Assembly: GCA_052426225.1 (NCBI GenBank)
Contig: JBNJNM010000012.1
Location: 868,001-932,000 of the forward strand
Direction of reading: 5' to 3'
DNA from: Zancudomyces culisetae HAW-14-8
Taxonomy: Eukaryota > Fungi > Kickxellomycota
Length of the DNA: 64,000 nt
Both the position numbers and the translations under genes were made by a program. Shown here piece by piece: positions 23,350 to 34,575 of this stretch (within the stretch, counting starts at the first letter, position 1; each line of letters opens with the position of its first letter). The notes under the pieces are model-generated. The model searched no databases, was not told where the DNA came from, and saw only the letters and a program-made list of their open reading frames with translations.

Positions 23350-24765
23350 TTACAACTCAATTGCTCTATCAACACTCAGCCCCATCCCATTGCGCTCGTC
23401 TCGGTCTCCCGGGATGTATATTTTGTGAATTGTTGATGTTGTTACTACTAAATAGCACCACTCTCCACTTCGACTAACGCTAACACTACTGTCAGCTGAC
23501 ATCAGTGCCGGAACATCACGGAGTAGCACTGCCGAGCCTATTCCCATTTTGTTTCCCGCAACGTCAAAGAACCGGCTATCCACTGACCCACAAATCGTCT
23601 CCTCTCTTCCAGTTTCCCCGACAAGTCCATCTCCAAATACCACTTTACAGGTCCCTGTTTCTCCCATGTACACCTCTCTGACCATCACCAACAAATATGG
23701 AATTATTCGTGCTGGGACGCCGCCTCGGGAATCGTCCAATGTTTCCTTGATCCTTCCAATTGTCCACTCGACGTATTTATTAGCACTCTCACCGCTAGTT
23801 GCAAGCGAAGCATACTCCTCGTGGCTATGTATCCCACATTCTGCCAGCAGTCTTTTCCAAGTGTCGAGATGCTGTTTCCTTTCTATTCGTCTTTTTTTCT
23901 TTGGCTGTTTTTCTATGCTCATTTCTATTCCCTTTTCTATTTCTACATTTTTATTTTTTCTTCCTTCATATATCTCCTTATTGTTCTTACTATCATCATT
24001 TTCCAAGTCTACCACGACCCTACCTCCATTACTGTCAGCGATACTATCGTCTCCTTTACTTTTCTTACTAAGATCTACTTCAATTTCATCGAAATCCAGG
24101 TCCAAATCCAATTCTAGGTTCAGATCCGAATCCAAACCTAAATCCACCACCGATTTTGACTCTTGACGCTTATTCTGGTGTTGAGTTTCTGGTGCTTTTA
24201 TTGCTACTAGACTTTTCTCTTTTGTTTCTGTCTTTTTGCTATCAGCATTGCCTCCTGTGTCAGTTTGCTCAATTACTGCCAATATATCAGCATTATTTAT
24301 ACCCAAATCTAAACCCATATCAACGCCAAGGTCAAGGTCTAGATCAAGGTCTAGATCAAGATCGGCTTTACTTTCAGAACACATATCCTTGGATTTTGCT
24401 GGTGACTGGCCACGCACCACTGTACTTTTATCTGCCACATGGTTCTGGTTTAGGCTATGACTCGTCACTCCAACCGAATTAGTATTTGAAGGCTCCAAAC
24501 CTGTGTCGAATTCGTCAAAATTTATGTCGCCAAAATCAAATTCATCAAATTCCTTTTCGTCTTTGACATTATAGCTGTTATTGGTGATCACATTGGTATT
24601 GGTATTGGTATTGGTATTGGTATTGGTATTGCGGTATTCATCACCAGTTACCACTTTTTGTGTATTTTTGTTTTTCCCGAGAAAATCTGTCGAGTGTGTC
24701 GTACTGGCTGCTAAAGTTGTTGATTTTCGTTGTTGGTACTTGCGCAATGCATCTTGCAGTCCCAT
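23350..24765 (-). CDS. HROB: HROB/MCM8IP (C17orf53, DUF4539)-like OB-fold protein
   Basis: C-terminal IPYLLVMVREV...KVVFGD...ICGSVD...IGSAVLLRDV...YLVVTTSTIHKIYIP resembles the HROB OB-fold. The N-terminus is low-complexity. First ATG at 24765. Confidence 0.75.
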   Translation of the reverse strand: MGLQDALRKYQQRKSTTLAASTTHSTDFLGKNKNTQKVVTGDEYRNTNTNTNTNTNTNVITNNSYNVKDEKEFDEFDFGDINFDEFDTGLEPSNTNSVGVTSHSLNQNHVADKSTVVRGQSPAKSKDMCSESKADLDLDLDLDLDLGVDMGLDLGINNADILAVIEQTDTGGNADSKKTETKEKSLVAIKAPETQHQNKRQESKSVVDLGLDSDLNLELDLDLDFDEIEVDLSKKSKGDDSIADSNGGRVVVDLENDDSKNNKEIYEGRKNKNVEIEKGIEMSIEKQPKKKRRIERKQHLDTWKRLLAECGIHSHEEYASLATSGESANKYVEWTIGRIKETLDDSRGGVPARIIPYLLVMVREVYMGETGTCKVVFGDGLVGETGREETICGSVDSRFFDVAGNKMGIGSAVLLRDVPALMSADSSVSVSRSGEWCYLVVTTSTIHKIYIPGDRDERNGMGLSVDRAIEL

Positions 24766-25145
24766 TTTGCTATACCCGTACCCGTACCTGTACCTGTGAC
24801 AATGATTCGTACAAAGAAATTCAAAATAAACATTACCTATAAACCTACAACTATTTTGTATTTGAGTTTTTTTTTTTGAGTTGAGTTCCACTTCAATTTT
24901 TCAATTTTTCTCGCTTGGTTATTGGTTAGCTTAATTAATTTTTTTTTCTACATTGATTTTCTGTTCATTATTTTCAGTTGACTAAAAAAAGAAAGAAAAA
25001 AAGAGTGCTAAATATTTGATCACTTGGATATAATAGTGCCAATTCTATAGAATATATAACAAACCCGATATATCATTTTCCACCCCCCTTCCTATTTTCT
25101 GTGACATTCCCTCTGCTCACCACCTTTCAACTAATTCCAGAAATA

Positions 25146-26817
25146 ATGAGTGCGAATCACGAAAACGATCCGGTCAAAGTGGGATCCACAGATCCCAGCT
25201 CCACAGACTTTGCTTTAGAACATCCAAAACCCGTAATTCTTCGCACCACGATATCTCGAGAAAAGCAATTACTAAAACAACACCAGCAAAACCAAGTTTT
25301 GGCATTTTCTGAACCAAAAAAACATAAATCCAAATCCAAAGCAAATAAAATCACAACTCAGAACCAAACGAAGAATAAACCCACACCCACAATAGCCAAC
25401 CTCGACTTTGACGTTTCTCAACAATTACTTTCCCTGTTGTTACCTTTTGAACGTCAGTCTTCTAAGTACGATTTGTGGGTTGAGTTGGCATTGCTTTCAA
25501 AGGTTTATAGAAAATATAGGTTTCAACAACGAAACAGTATAAATTTCAAAAAACTTGAACAGGTTCGTAAAAACCCCATTGTATTCATTTTTTATATATA
25601 TCTTCCTTTCTTTTATATAGTATTTAGGTTCTGGATCAAATAATTTCAATTTATTTGTGTAAAAATAGCTGAAAAAATGTTTGGACAGACTCAAGCTTGC
25701 CAATGTACAGGAGTTATTAAAGTCAATCATAAACTCGTTTTATATCACCCCCACAAAACAGCCCGAGTAAGTATTTATTTATTTTATTTACTCTTTCCTC
25801 ATTTTTGGCACACTTTCTGCTTCTCTTGATCCCTCTCCTTCCCACGTTTATTTTCCTCAATACCACAATACGCCATCATCAATTATATAAAAAAATAGCA
25901 TAAACAGTTGGGAGTGTGTTCCTTCCCGTCGTTTTATATATCTATCTACCCTGAGGATATATCATATTATTAGCCTGTTGAAAAAGGTACTTGTCTTATG
26001 AAAAATATATTAATGCATAAAATCAGACAGTCTAAAGTACTCATTACAAACTCTGACAGACCTAATCACCGCTAATAAATATAACTAGATTGAGGCTGTA
26101 TCTAAATACACGTACTCACATTTTATCGACCAGGTCAAAAGTACCTATTTTATGACTTTGTCGCTAACACTTTGCGGTATCTGTAGCAGAATTATGTTGT
26201 TAGTGAGAATATGGAATGGGGAGCTATCCCAAGTCTATGAGTTGTTGACCAATTCAATTGATAATCTGCCAGTAAGTTATACCTTCATCTCTACCCCCCG
26301 TCCTCCCTCCCTCCTCCTTTCTGTTTTGCTTGATCTTGTGTTATTAACATTATAATTATTAAAGCACATACGGTAATAAACTAACAGACCTAATCATTTC
26401 TCTTTTGTTGACTGTGTTATTATTTAGGTGCTTTTAGCCTCTGAAGAGTACAAGAATCATAAAAAGGGAGAATTCTTGGTCCCAAAGCTAGAAAATATTA
26501 CCAACACCAACAACTCAGTAAACCACAAAGTTGTGTTTGATTATCATCAGCCGAATATAGTGGAACGGCCTCTTACACGTACACTAGATAACGGGTTTGG
26601 TTGTAACTATGTTATGGAAACAGAAATAGAAACACTTGACCTACACAACCTGGACGAACCAAAACACCCGTCTACCAGTATTGGTGTTAGTTCGGATTTG
26701 CGCATTAGTAAAAACAACACCGATTCTTTCCGCAAAAATACCACAACACAGAAAAATAGCGCCATATTTGACCCGTTTTCGTTTGATGATGATTTGGGAG
26801 GTAAGTATTCTACCTGA
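25146..26817 (+). CDS. RMP1/NEPRO (DUF4477)-like nucleolar RNase MRP-associated protein, ~5 exons
   Basis: ELALLSKVYRKYRFQQRNS..FKKLEQ and the exon YFMTLSLTLCGICSRI resemble the two conserved blocks of this family; GT-AG introns are consistent with the frame. Confidence 0.6.
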
Positions 26818-27099
26818 ATTATAACATTCCTATTCTTACAATCACTGATCACCAACTACAACTACCTTGTAGACCCTGTTCTCTAAATGCACACTAACCA
26901 TTTCTTGGGTTACTTGTATAAATAAATGTCAAAATATATACTTTTTTTATTTTTTTTATAAGCATTCTGAATTATCAATACAATAAAAATTTGTAAATAA
27001 AAGTCTAAAACTGTCAGCATCGGTACAGTTATTCGACCTTCTCATCAGGAAACAAAACACCAAGGGATTGCAAAAGTCCAGGCCTAGTAGTAAACAAAA

Positions 27100-27795
27100 C
27101 TACTCTTTGGAAATCAAGGGCTCATAATGTTCAACCATTTCCTCTCGAGTTGCTACAGTCTCCTTGTAGCTCTCTCTGCTTCTACATGCCTTGCTCCACT
27201 CAATGACCCGAGAGATAGTGGGATCACTTGAATCAAGCTTGAAGTCAAAGAACGACCCAATGAGTTCCAGGCGATCAAGCATTGGTATAAGTACCAGATC
27301 TGCCATAGAAAAATCCTTTCCCAGGAAGTACGGCCCAGCTGATGACTGCTTCTCCATAAGCATGTTTAGTTCCCGAAGAACATCAACACCCTTTTCCCAC
27401 TCTGCACGCCGGTTTTCAGGCTTACCCTTGAGTACCTGATTGAACTGGGTAACAATTCTGCTAGAAGATTCGATAAAAAATCTCACTTTGGCCCGCTCCA
27501 ACGCGTCAACTGGCATCAGCTTGCTTTCGGGCTTGAGGTCTGCTACATACTCTGCTGCTATGAGTGATTCAACAATGATTTCACCACCATTTCTTCCGCT
27601 CTCAGGGAGTCTAAACGCGGGAACCTTGTTAGATGGGTTGATATCTCTCTTGTACCATTCTGGGCGTTGTTTGAGGTTGATTTCCACTTTCTCGTAAGGA
27701 ACCTTGGCTTCTTTCAATGCGATGGCGGCTCTGTGGCAAAAGGGACAAGTGCGGTAGCTGTAAAATGTTAATAACTCTCTGCTAAACTGCGCCAT
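27100..27795 (-). CDS. Glutathione S-transferase, omega-like, intronless
   Basis: CPFCHRAAIAL active site, INPSNKVP, ESLIAAEYV, PYFLGKDFSMADL. Confidence 0.92.
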   Translation of the reverse strand: MAQFSRELLTFYSYRTCPFCHRAAIALKEAKVPYEKVEINLKQRPEWYKRDINPSNKVPAFRLPESGRNGGEIIVESLIAAEYVADLKPESKLMPVDALERAKVRFFIESSSRIVTQFNQVLKGKPENRRAEWEKGVDVLRELNMLMEKQSSAGPYFLGKDFSMADLVLIPMLDRLELIGSFFDFKLDSSDPTISRVIEWSKACRSRESYKETVATREEMVEHYEPLISKE

Positions 27796-28877
27796 TTTTA
27801 TTTTTTTTGTATTTAGTGATAAAAAATATCTAACTGTGAAACAGACCGTTGCTGTATAATTCTTTTAGTCATTTATATACATTTTTCATATGAGCAATCC
27901 AGCTAGATGTACCAAAAAAAAAAACTAGCAAATGAGCGGAGAAAAAAATCTGGATTCTCGTTAACTTTTATTTCAGGAAATTATATTGGAAGGTGACAAA
28001 AATTAGCACAAAAACAGAAATTAGTAATCAGTTAAATGAAATCGAATTAATTTGTAAGCAACATGGGCTCAAATAATTATCACTTTCACAATGAGTGTAA
28101 AGAATGATAATCAAGAGAGAGGTACACAGCCTCACGAGGCAAATGCTGTTAAGCCTAGGCAACCACTTTTGACATGGAGTTAAATTATTAATAATTTATG
28201 ATTTATGAACCATATAAAGTATGGTATGACATTACCTTAATCAAGAAGATTAGTTAAAGGATGGAAAACCAAGAAAAAGCGAGGTAACCTTCTTAAACTA
28301 GCACCACACACGTCTACCACAGAGTTGTATAGCTGGATGCATCTTTTCATCAAGTATTTTTCAAAGTGTGTTTGGCTTTTCTTAATATGTCGTCGTGTAT
28401 TGACTTTTTTTTTCTAGTTTGGTGAAACAACAATGATAAGCGCCAGTATAATCAATTGTTACAATTTCAAGCTCAAAAACTATAACAAAGAGTGAATGTA
28501 AAGCTGATAGACGTACTGTCGATAAAATGTGTACGTCTACCTTTTTACGCTGCTTTCGATAATAGCACAAGCGATTTTCTTCAAAAATATGGATTATAAA
28601 CTTCACTTCAGAAAACAAATGCAATAACGTTACTGCACGCCCATTTAGTACTAAAGAAATTTCCATTATTTTGCTTGTTTTTGGGCACCAAAAAAAGAAT
28701 GATCAAAAAAATCTTGAAAGGGGCGGCGGTTAAATGCAGTGTTCTTTTCATCCCTTCTCGATAAGGTCATAAAAAAAAAGCTCCAAAAGGTTAAAAGTAG
28801 TGAAATGAACAGAAAAAAAAAGCATGTTTAAGGAGAATTATCAAAATAACGTTGGTTTTAAAACTTTTAAAAGAAAA

Positions 28878-29626
28878 TTAAAGGTTCATTTCATCAGAGG
28901 TAAGGATACCGAGCTCATCCTTTACTGGCCTCAAGGCATCAAGGAATTGAGAGTATTGGGAGGAGGAGTCAACTTTGGCTTTCAAAGCATCAAAGACTCT
29001 AACACCGGTGGCATAGTCATCAATGCGACGGGCAGCGCGCAAGGCAGCTTCGCAAACAGTGACATCTGGAACAAGATCGTATGAGAAACAGTTGTTCAGG
29101 CCTCTGCGCAACTCGAATTGGTCATCGACGTTTTCAAAGAACTTGACGTATCTGTTGGTGAATTCTTCGTATGTTTCTTCATGTCCAGTAGAATACATTC
29201 TTGGAGCTAAGTTATGTTGAAATGATATGCATTAGTACATAAAATATAAAGAAAAGTCGCAAACCAATATAGTACTGATGAGCCATATAATGATAATCAT
29301 TTTTTTGCTAATAAAGTCTCGTTTAGGGCTGAATTCCAATTTTATCACTTTTTCTGACCTCAGTTTGGTAGATGGCATCAACAGCGTGCCTTTTCCAAAT
29401 GTACAAAAGGTCGAGAAGTAATATTCAAAAAAATTCTAACACATACACACACACACACTCCCTCTCTCTCTCTTTTTAAAATAAAAAAGCATAAATCCGC
29501 ACAGAGACGAATTATTTGCTATCTATAAATTAATGAAAGATTCGTACCTGCATATTGGATGCGTGAAATTGGTCGGCTTACTGAAGCCATAACAGATTTC
29601 TTGAGTGCCAAACGAGCAGCGTTCAT
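28878..29626 (-). CDS. COX6: Cytochrome c oxidase subunit VI (COX5A orthologue)
   Basis: Exon 29626-29548 is a basic presequence. Exon 29206-28878 has ETYEEFTNRY, FELRRGLNNCFSYDLVP, AALRAARR, ELGI. Confidence 0.95.
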
Positions 29627-31505
29627 CTTTGTCGATATTGTTTGATTTTTCTTTTAATTAATTTGTTTTACTGACTACTTTTGAAAAAACTCAGGACAGA
29701 CCTATTTGAGGGTGTACAAGACAGAATCAGTGAATTGGTCAAGGATGATGAATCTAAAATATGGTATAAATATAAAGGCATAAAGTAGATGAAAATTTAC
29801 CAGTCTCGATTTGTTTTTCTGTTCGTATAAATTGTCTTATTCTTTTTAAAAATAGTATATTAAAAAGAGTTATTTATTTCACTCCTCTTTGGTGTGCTGT
29901 CTGCGAAAAAAAAAAGTTAAAAAAATTAAAAATTGATAAAAAAATTTTAATGGCGTTAGATTAGCGCAAATTAATGGGCAAAAAAAAATGTTGCGGTTTT
30001 TTTGTTATTTTTTAGCTTTTTTTTTTGCTGAAATGTGTGGAATAGATAAAAAAAATTACTATTATAATTGTTTTTTTTACTTTGGCTAAATAGCAAATCG
30101 GGTATGGAAAAAGAGAATTGATAAGTAAAATGGGAGGCGAATGTTTTCATTCAACCTTATTTGCTAAACACGCAGTTTTTATTTGCCTAACAATGCCATT
30201 ATTTGGTTTAAGCAACACATGTGGGGTGGTTTGGCAGCGAGTTTTCTCATTATCTGGAGCGCTTCCTTTGAATGTATATCTTGTACTTTGAACACAGAAG
30301 AGTGTCTGCTCTCTATGTGCGGTTAAAAGATGAACTAAAAATGTGATAAGATAAACAGGAGGGGATAAAAAAGTGGTTTCAGTGTACGTTTATGGTTGCG
30401 TAAAAAGACCAAGTAGAAAAAATATATCGGATCTAGCATCTTTCTTTGTGGTATGCTGACTACTGCATCGCCATGAACTTTCGTGATAAAGATAATTAAA
30501 AATAGAGTGAAATCATACTGAGTAGAGGAAGAAGTGTTATTTTGATGTCCTTTTGCTGTTGTTGTCACTATTAATGTTTTGCATCTAACACCACCTACAA
30601 AAAGTAGAACAAACTAAAATAAACAAGAATACATAGTATTGAAGTACGAGTACAAGTGCATGTCAAGTACCACAGTGTAATCACACCAACAGGGTTTGTA
30701 AGGTAGTGGTAATGTCCATACAACACAACCATTGTTAGCAAGCGTTTGATGAAGTGCGCTCTAGTCTAGCCCTTGAATTAGAGCTAAACAGATTCATATG
30801 GTAGCATTGGATCCCTCTTTCTCCAATCTGTTACCTATCAGACTCTGAAACAAGAAACAAGCGTAAAAACATTAACAGACAGACTAAAGACCGCTTTGAG
30901 AGAGGAGAATGAGGGATGGGGGATGAGGGAAAATGAGAGAAGTCAGCTGTTTAAAAAAATCTCTAGAATGGGTAGGGGAGGAGCAAGATAAAAATATCAG
31001 CAGCGATTTGAGATGAGTAATGGCGATTTTTATTGAAATTACACCAATAAAAAAGCCTCGTAATAACCACAAAATCGCTCTAAAAAGGATCAGACCATAA
31101 CCAGCTTAGTTGATGTTTTGCATTTCAGCAATAATTTGTAAAATGTTCGAATCAAAGAACTTTTAAATTGCATAAAACGCGATAATAAAGACAAAAAAGA
31201 CAAAGTTAATAGCTGAAAAATAATGTTTGGTTACTTGCTACAATCCTTGTGTGAGTTTACAAATACAGCAACAGCTTGATAACATAAAAAGAAATTGGGT
31301 TGGGATAGGGTAGCCAGATTAGCATTTGCAAAAGATTGGGAATACAAACTGGCTAGGCTTTCCCTCTGAACCCATTACCGCAAAGGAGTTAATAGTTGCA
31401 AAAGTATCAAAAAATACCGGATCTTGGAAAAAAAAACAAAAAAAGAACATGTGAATAGTCTGGTTGTCATATATACTCGGATGTGTGAGCCCAGTGTTTC
31501 AGCAT

Positions 31506-33885
31506 TTACAATACAAAAAATCCGAAGGTAATTAGGAGGGTTCCAATATAAAACAACGAGTCGTACACCACACTTTTGAAAAGTACGTCGATAAGAATAC
31601 TTATGGGAATCTATAGGATAGATGTATTTCTTTTTTTTTTAGTAGCTTCAGCAACATTTTGATACATCAAATGCACGCCGAAATAAGGATATCACCACTC
31701 CTAACCGACGCTCTTTGGGCAACTCTTTTTCACTATCACCTGCGACAATGATTTGTGTGTTCATTATCATTTACAAAGAGTATGTGTGAGTGAGAGAAGA
31801 TCGTTAATGATGGTACAAAAGTATACGGAAAAGAGAAAAAATTAAGATTAATGAACAAACTTACTGATAATGACAATCCTAGTGTGACTTTTAGTGGGCT
31901 AGTAAGAATAACCGCTCGCAGCCACAGAAATTCGGACAGACAAGCACCCATAAACGCATTAAGAAGAAGTAAGACCACAGTAATGATAAAACCAGAACTC
32001 CCGCCATCAAAAGCAGAGGTGGTGGTAGTATCGTTAATGGGTTGGGCCGAGTGGGTCGGTAGTGACTCAATTCCCAAGACATCAAGTAGTACAAGTATTG
32101 GCCAGTAAAAAAGCAAACAGCAAAGACCAACACAGCCCAGAAATAGCAGGGGATTAGTCGATTTCTCACTCTGCGCTCCATTCTGTCCACTATGGTACTC
32201 ATGATCTTGGTGAAGCTGTTCTTGCGAATATCCACGTAAATGACTTTCACTATAATTATCATTTCTATCTCGATTGCTGTGAATATCACTCTCGGCATTG
32301 GTACCGCTGATAATGACAGAATCGCACTTTGTACATGTTAGACTAGCCAGTGCCGCCTTGGGAATCTGTATTGGTAATAGACGAGACTCGGGGTAGTGTA
32401 CAAAATTTGCAGTAAATATAAATTTCAGCTTTTCTATTAGTGCATGTACTGAAAGGTAGATATATGAAGTTGAAGACTTGGTAAAACTCTCGTTTTCACT
32501 GTCATTACTTTCTATGTGGCCTTGGCCTTGGCCTTGAGTTCCGGTTGCTGATGTTGATGTTGATGCTGATACTATCAAAGTTTGGCTTTCTTGGTCTTGT
32601 TGAAAATTATGGCCGCTATTACCGCTATTCCGTTGCAGTATTGATGATAAAAGTACCGGAGATGGTTGATATTCGTATACCTGCTGCTGTCGTTGTCGTT
32701 GCTCTTGTTCTCGTTCTTGTTGTTCTTGTTGTTCTTGTTGTTCTTGTTGTTGTTGTTCTGTATGTAAAACTAGACAGGAACTACAATGAGAGTTTAGTTT
32801 TATTAATACAGCATATAACCCATACAATACCGCACTAGATAGTGCCAAGAAGTTTCCCAACAAAAGGTGGTACAGACTGTTGTTTTCCACTTGATTATTG
32901 ACGGCTGTTTGATCATTAGCACCTATATTGTTGTTGTTGTTGTGTATAGATGTGGTTACCAGGTATATTCCAAAGATTCTACAAACAATATTTGCATATT
33001 TATACAAGTTAGTTTCCATAAAAATATAATAAAGGTACCAAAGGCAAGACGCAAGAAACAAGAAACAAAAAAGTGTGAAAAAAAAAAAATATAAAGTCAA
33101 ATCAAATCAAATCAAATCATATAGTGGTTTGTTTATGATGAACTTACGACAAGAGAACACAAGAGATCTTTTTGTAATTAAACGAGTCAATTCCAAACAT
33201 TACAGAAAACAGTAGCGTAAAAAGGCCACTGGTACTGGTTAGAATTGCCGATACAGATACACTGGTATATATTAACGAAGCGGTCTGAAAGGCGTTGGCA
33301 AAGTAACGTAATAAAGTGAATTTCAGACCGAAGTTCACAAACAGCTAATGGATATAATCATTGATATTAGATATACCATCGGAAATCACAGTATTAAAGG
33401 CGAAAAAAGAAAAAGAAGAAGAAGAACAACAACAAAAGAAAAAAAGTAAACAAGGGTTTTACCTCCATAAACGTTAGATATTCTCCACCAATAATTGTGG
33501 GTAAAGTGCCAGCCGATTGCACTTGGTAGTTTTGTAAGTGGACATTCTGATAGGTGTGACGAAACCGGTTCGAGATACGATGTACAAGCAGAAATATAGT
33601 GAAGGAGCTTGTGTTCAAGTATGTGATAAAGTAGGGTTTTGTAAATGGGACGAGTAGTTTGTCGTTATCGTTATCGTTTTCAAATAGGTGCTAAGTAGTA
33701 AAAGTTCATGGTATAAAAGTATGAATATAATAATAGAATATAACAATCAATATTAGTTTAAATTTAAATTTAAATTTTAAAAAAAAGACCTCCCCAGTAA
33801 GACTTACGCTAATAAAAAAGGATGAAGTCACCCATAGTGTAACCACAAGTAGAACTAGAATAATTCCTTTAGTATTGTTATCCAT
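31506..33885 (-). CDS. SLC35F5/THI74-like EamA-family transporter, multi-exon
   Basis: GIILVLLVVTLWVTSSF, KPYFITYLNTSSF, YTSVSVSAILTSTSGLFTL, GNFLALSSAVLYGLYAVLIK, SEFLWLRAVILTSPLKVTLGLSLS|IP. The 3' end is uncertain. Confidence 0.88.
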
Positions 33886-34575
33886 TTGATATATCTATCT
33901 TTATGACTTTTTATTATTATAATATTTTGAATAGTATACTTTCACAGTGATTTACTCTCCCCTCTTGATCGCCTCGTTCTTATCGTTTTTTTTTATTAAA
34001 AATTTACTTTCTTTGTATCCGAATAGGTTTGTCCAAAGGTAAATGTAAAAAAAAAAGAAAAGAAAGAAAAACAAAAACAAAAAGAAAACAGGGAGGAATC
34101 AAAAAACAAGAGTAATGAAATGTGGAAAAAAAAAACTGTTGAATTTCAACTTTCTTATTTCTGCATTGTACTTGGATTACCCTATCGTTGTCCTCTTTGA
34201 GTTTAGTCGTGTCTTGGTTGTTGCTGTTATATAATATACTTTGATACTTTTTAATAAAAAAAATTATACAAAGTACTGGTAAAAGGGGAGAGGGGGAGGG
34301 GGGATGTGTGTGGGTTTTGGGATTAAAAAGTATTATTGATTTTGAATAGCAAAATCATGTGAATCTAAAACAATCCATAGTTACAAGATTCTCAATACAA
34401 CCACAATATAACTTACCAAACATTACAAAAAGTATGCTTTATAACAGGATGAAAAACAAAAAATATATTAAAAAAACTACACATGACCACAATACAATCA
34501 TCAAACAAAACCAGAAAAAAGACCATAAAAACCACAATAAAAAAAAAGAGAGAGAGGGGGGGGGGGAAGGTTTGA

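Noticed and set aside
27100-27795. GST as a possible selenoprotein
   Set aside because: The active site is encoded by ordinary Cys codons (CPFC), and there is no in-frame TGA.
29207-29547. Possible intronic snoRNA in the long COX6 intron (short hairpins, CTGA next to a GACCT/AGGTC stem)
   Set aside because: No correctly placed C box and no convincing H/ACA layout. An Infernal/snoscan hit would be needed.
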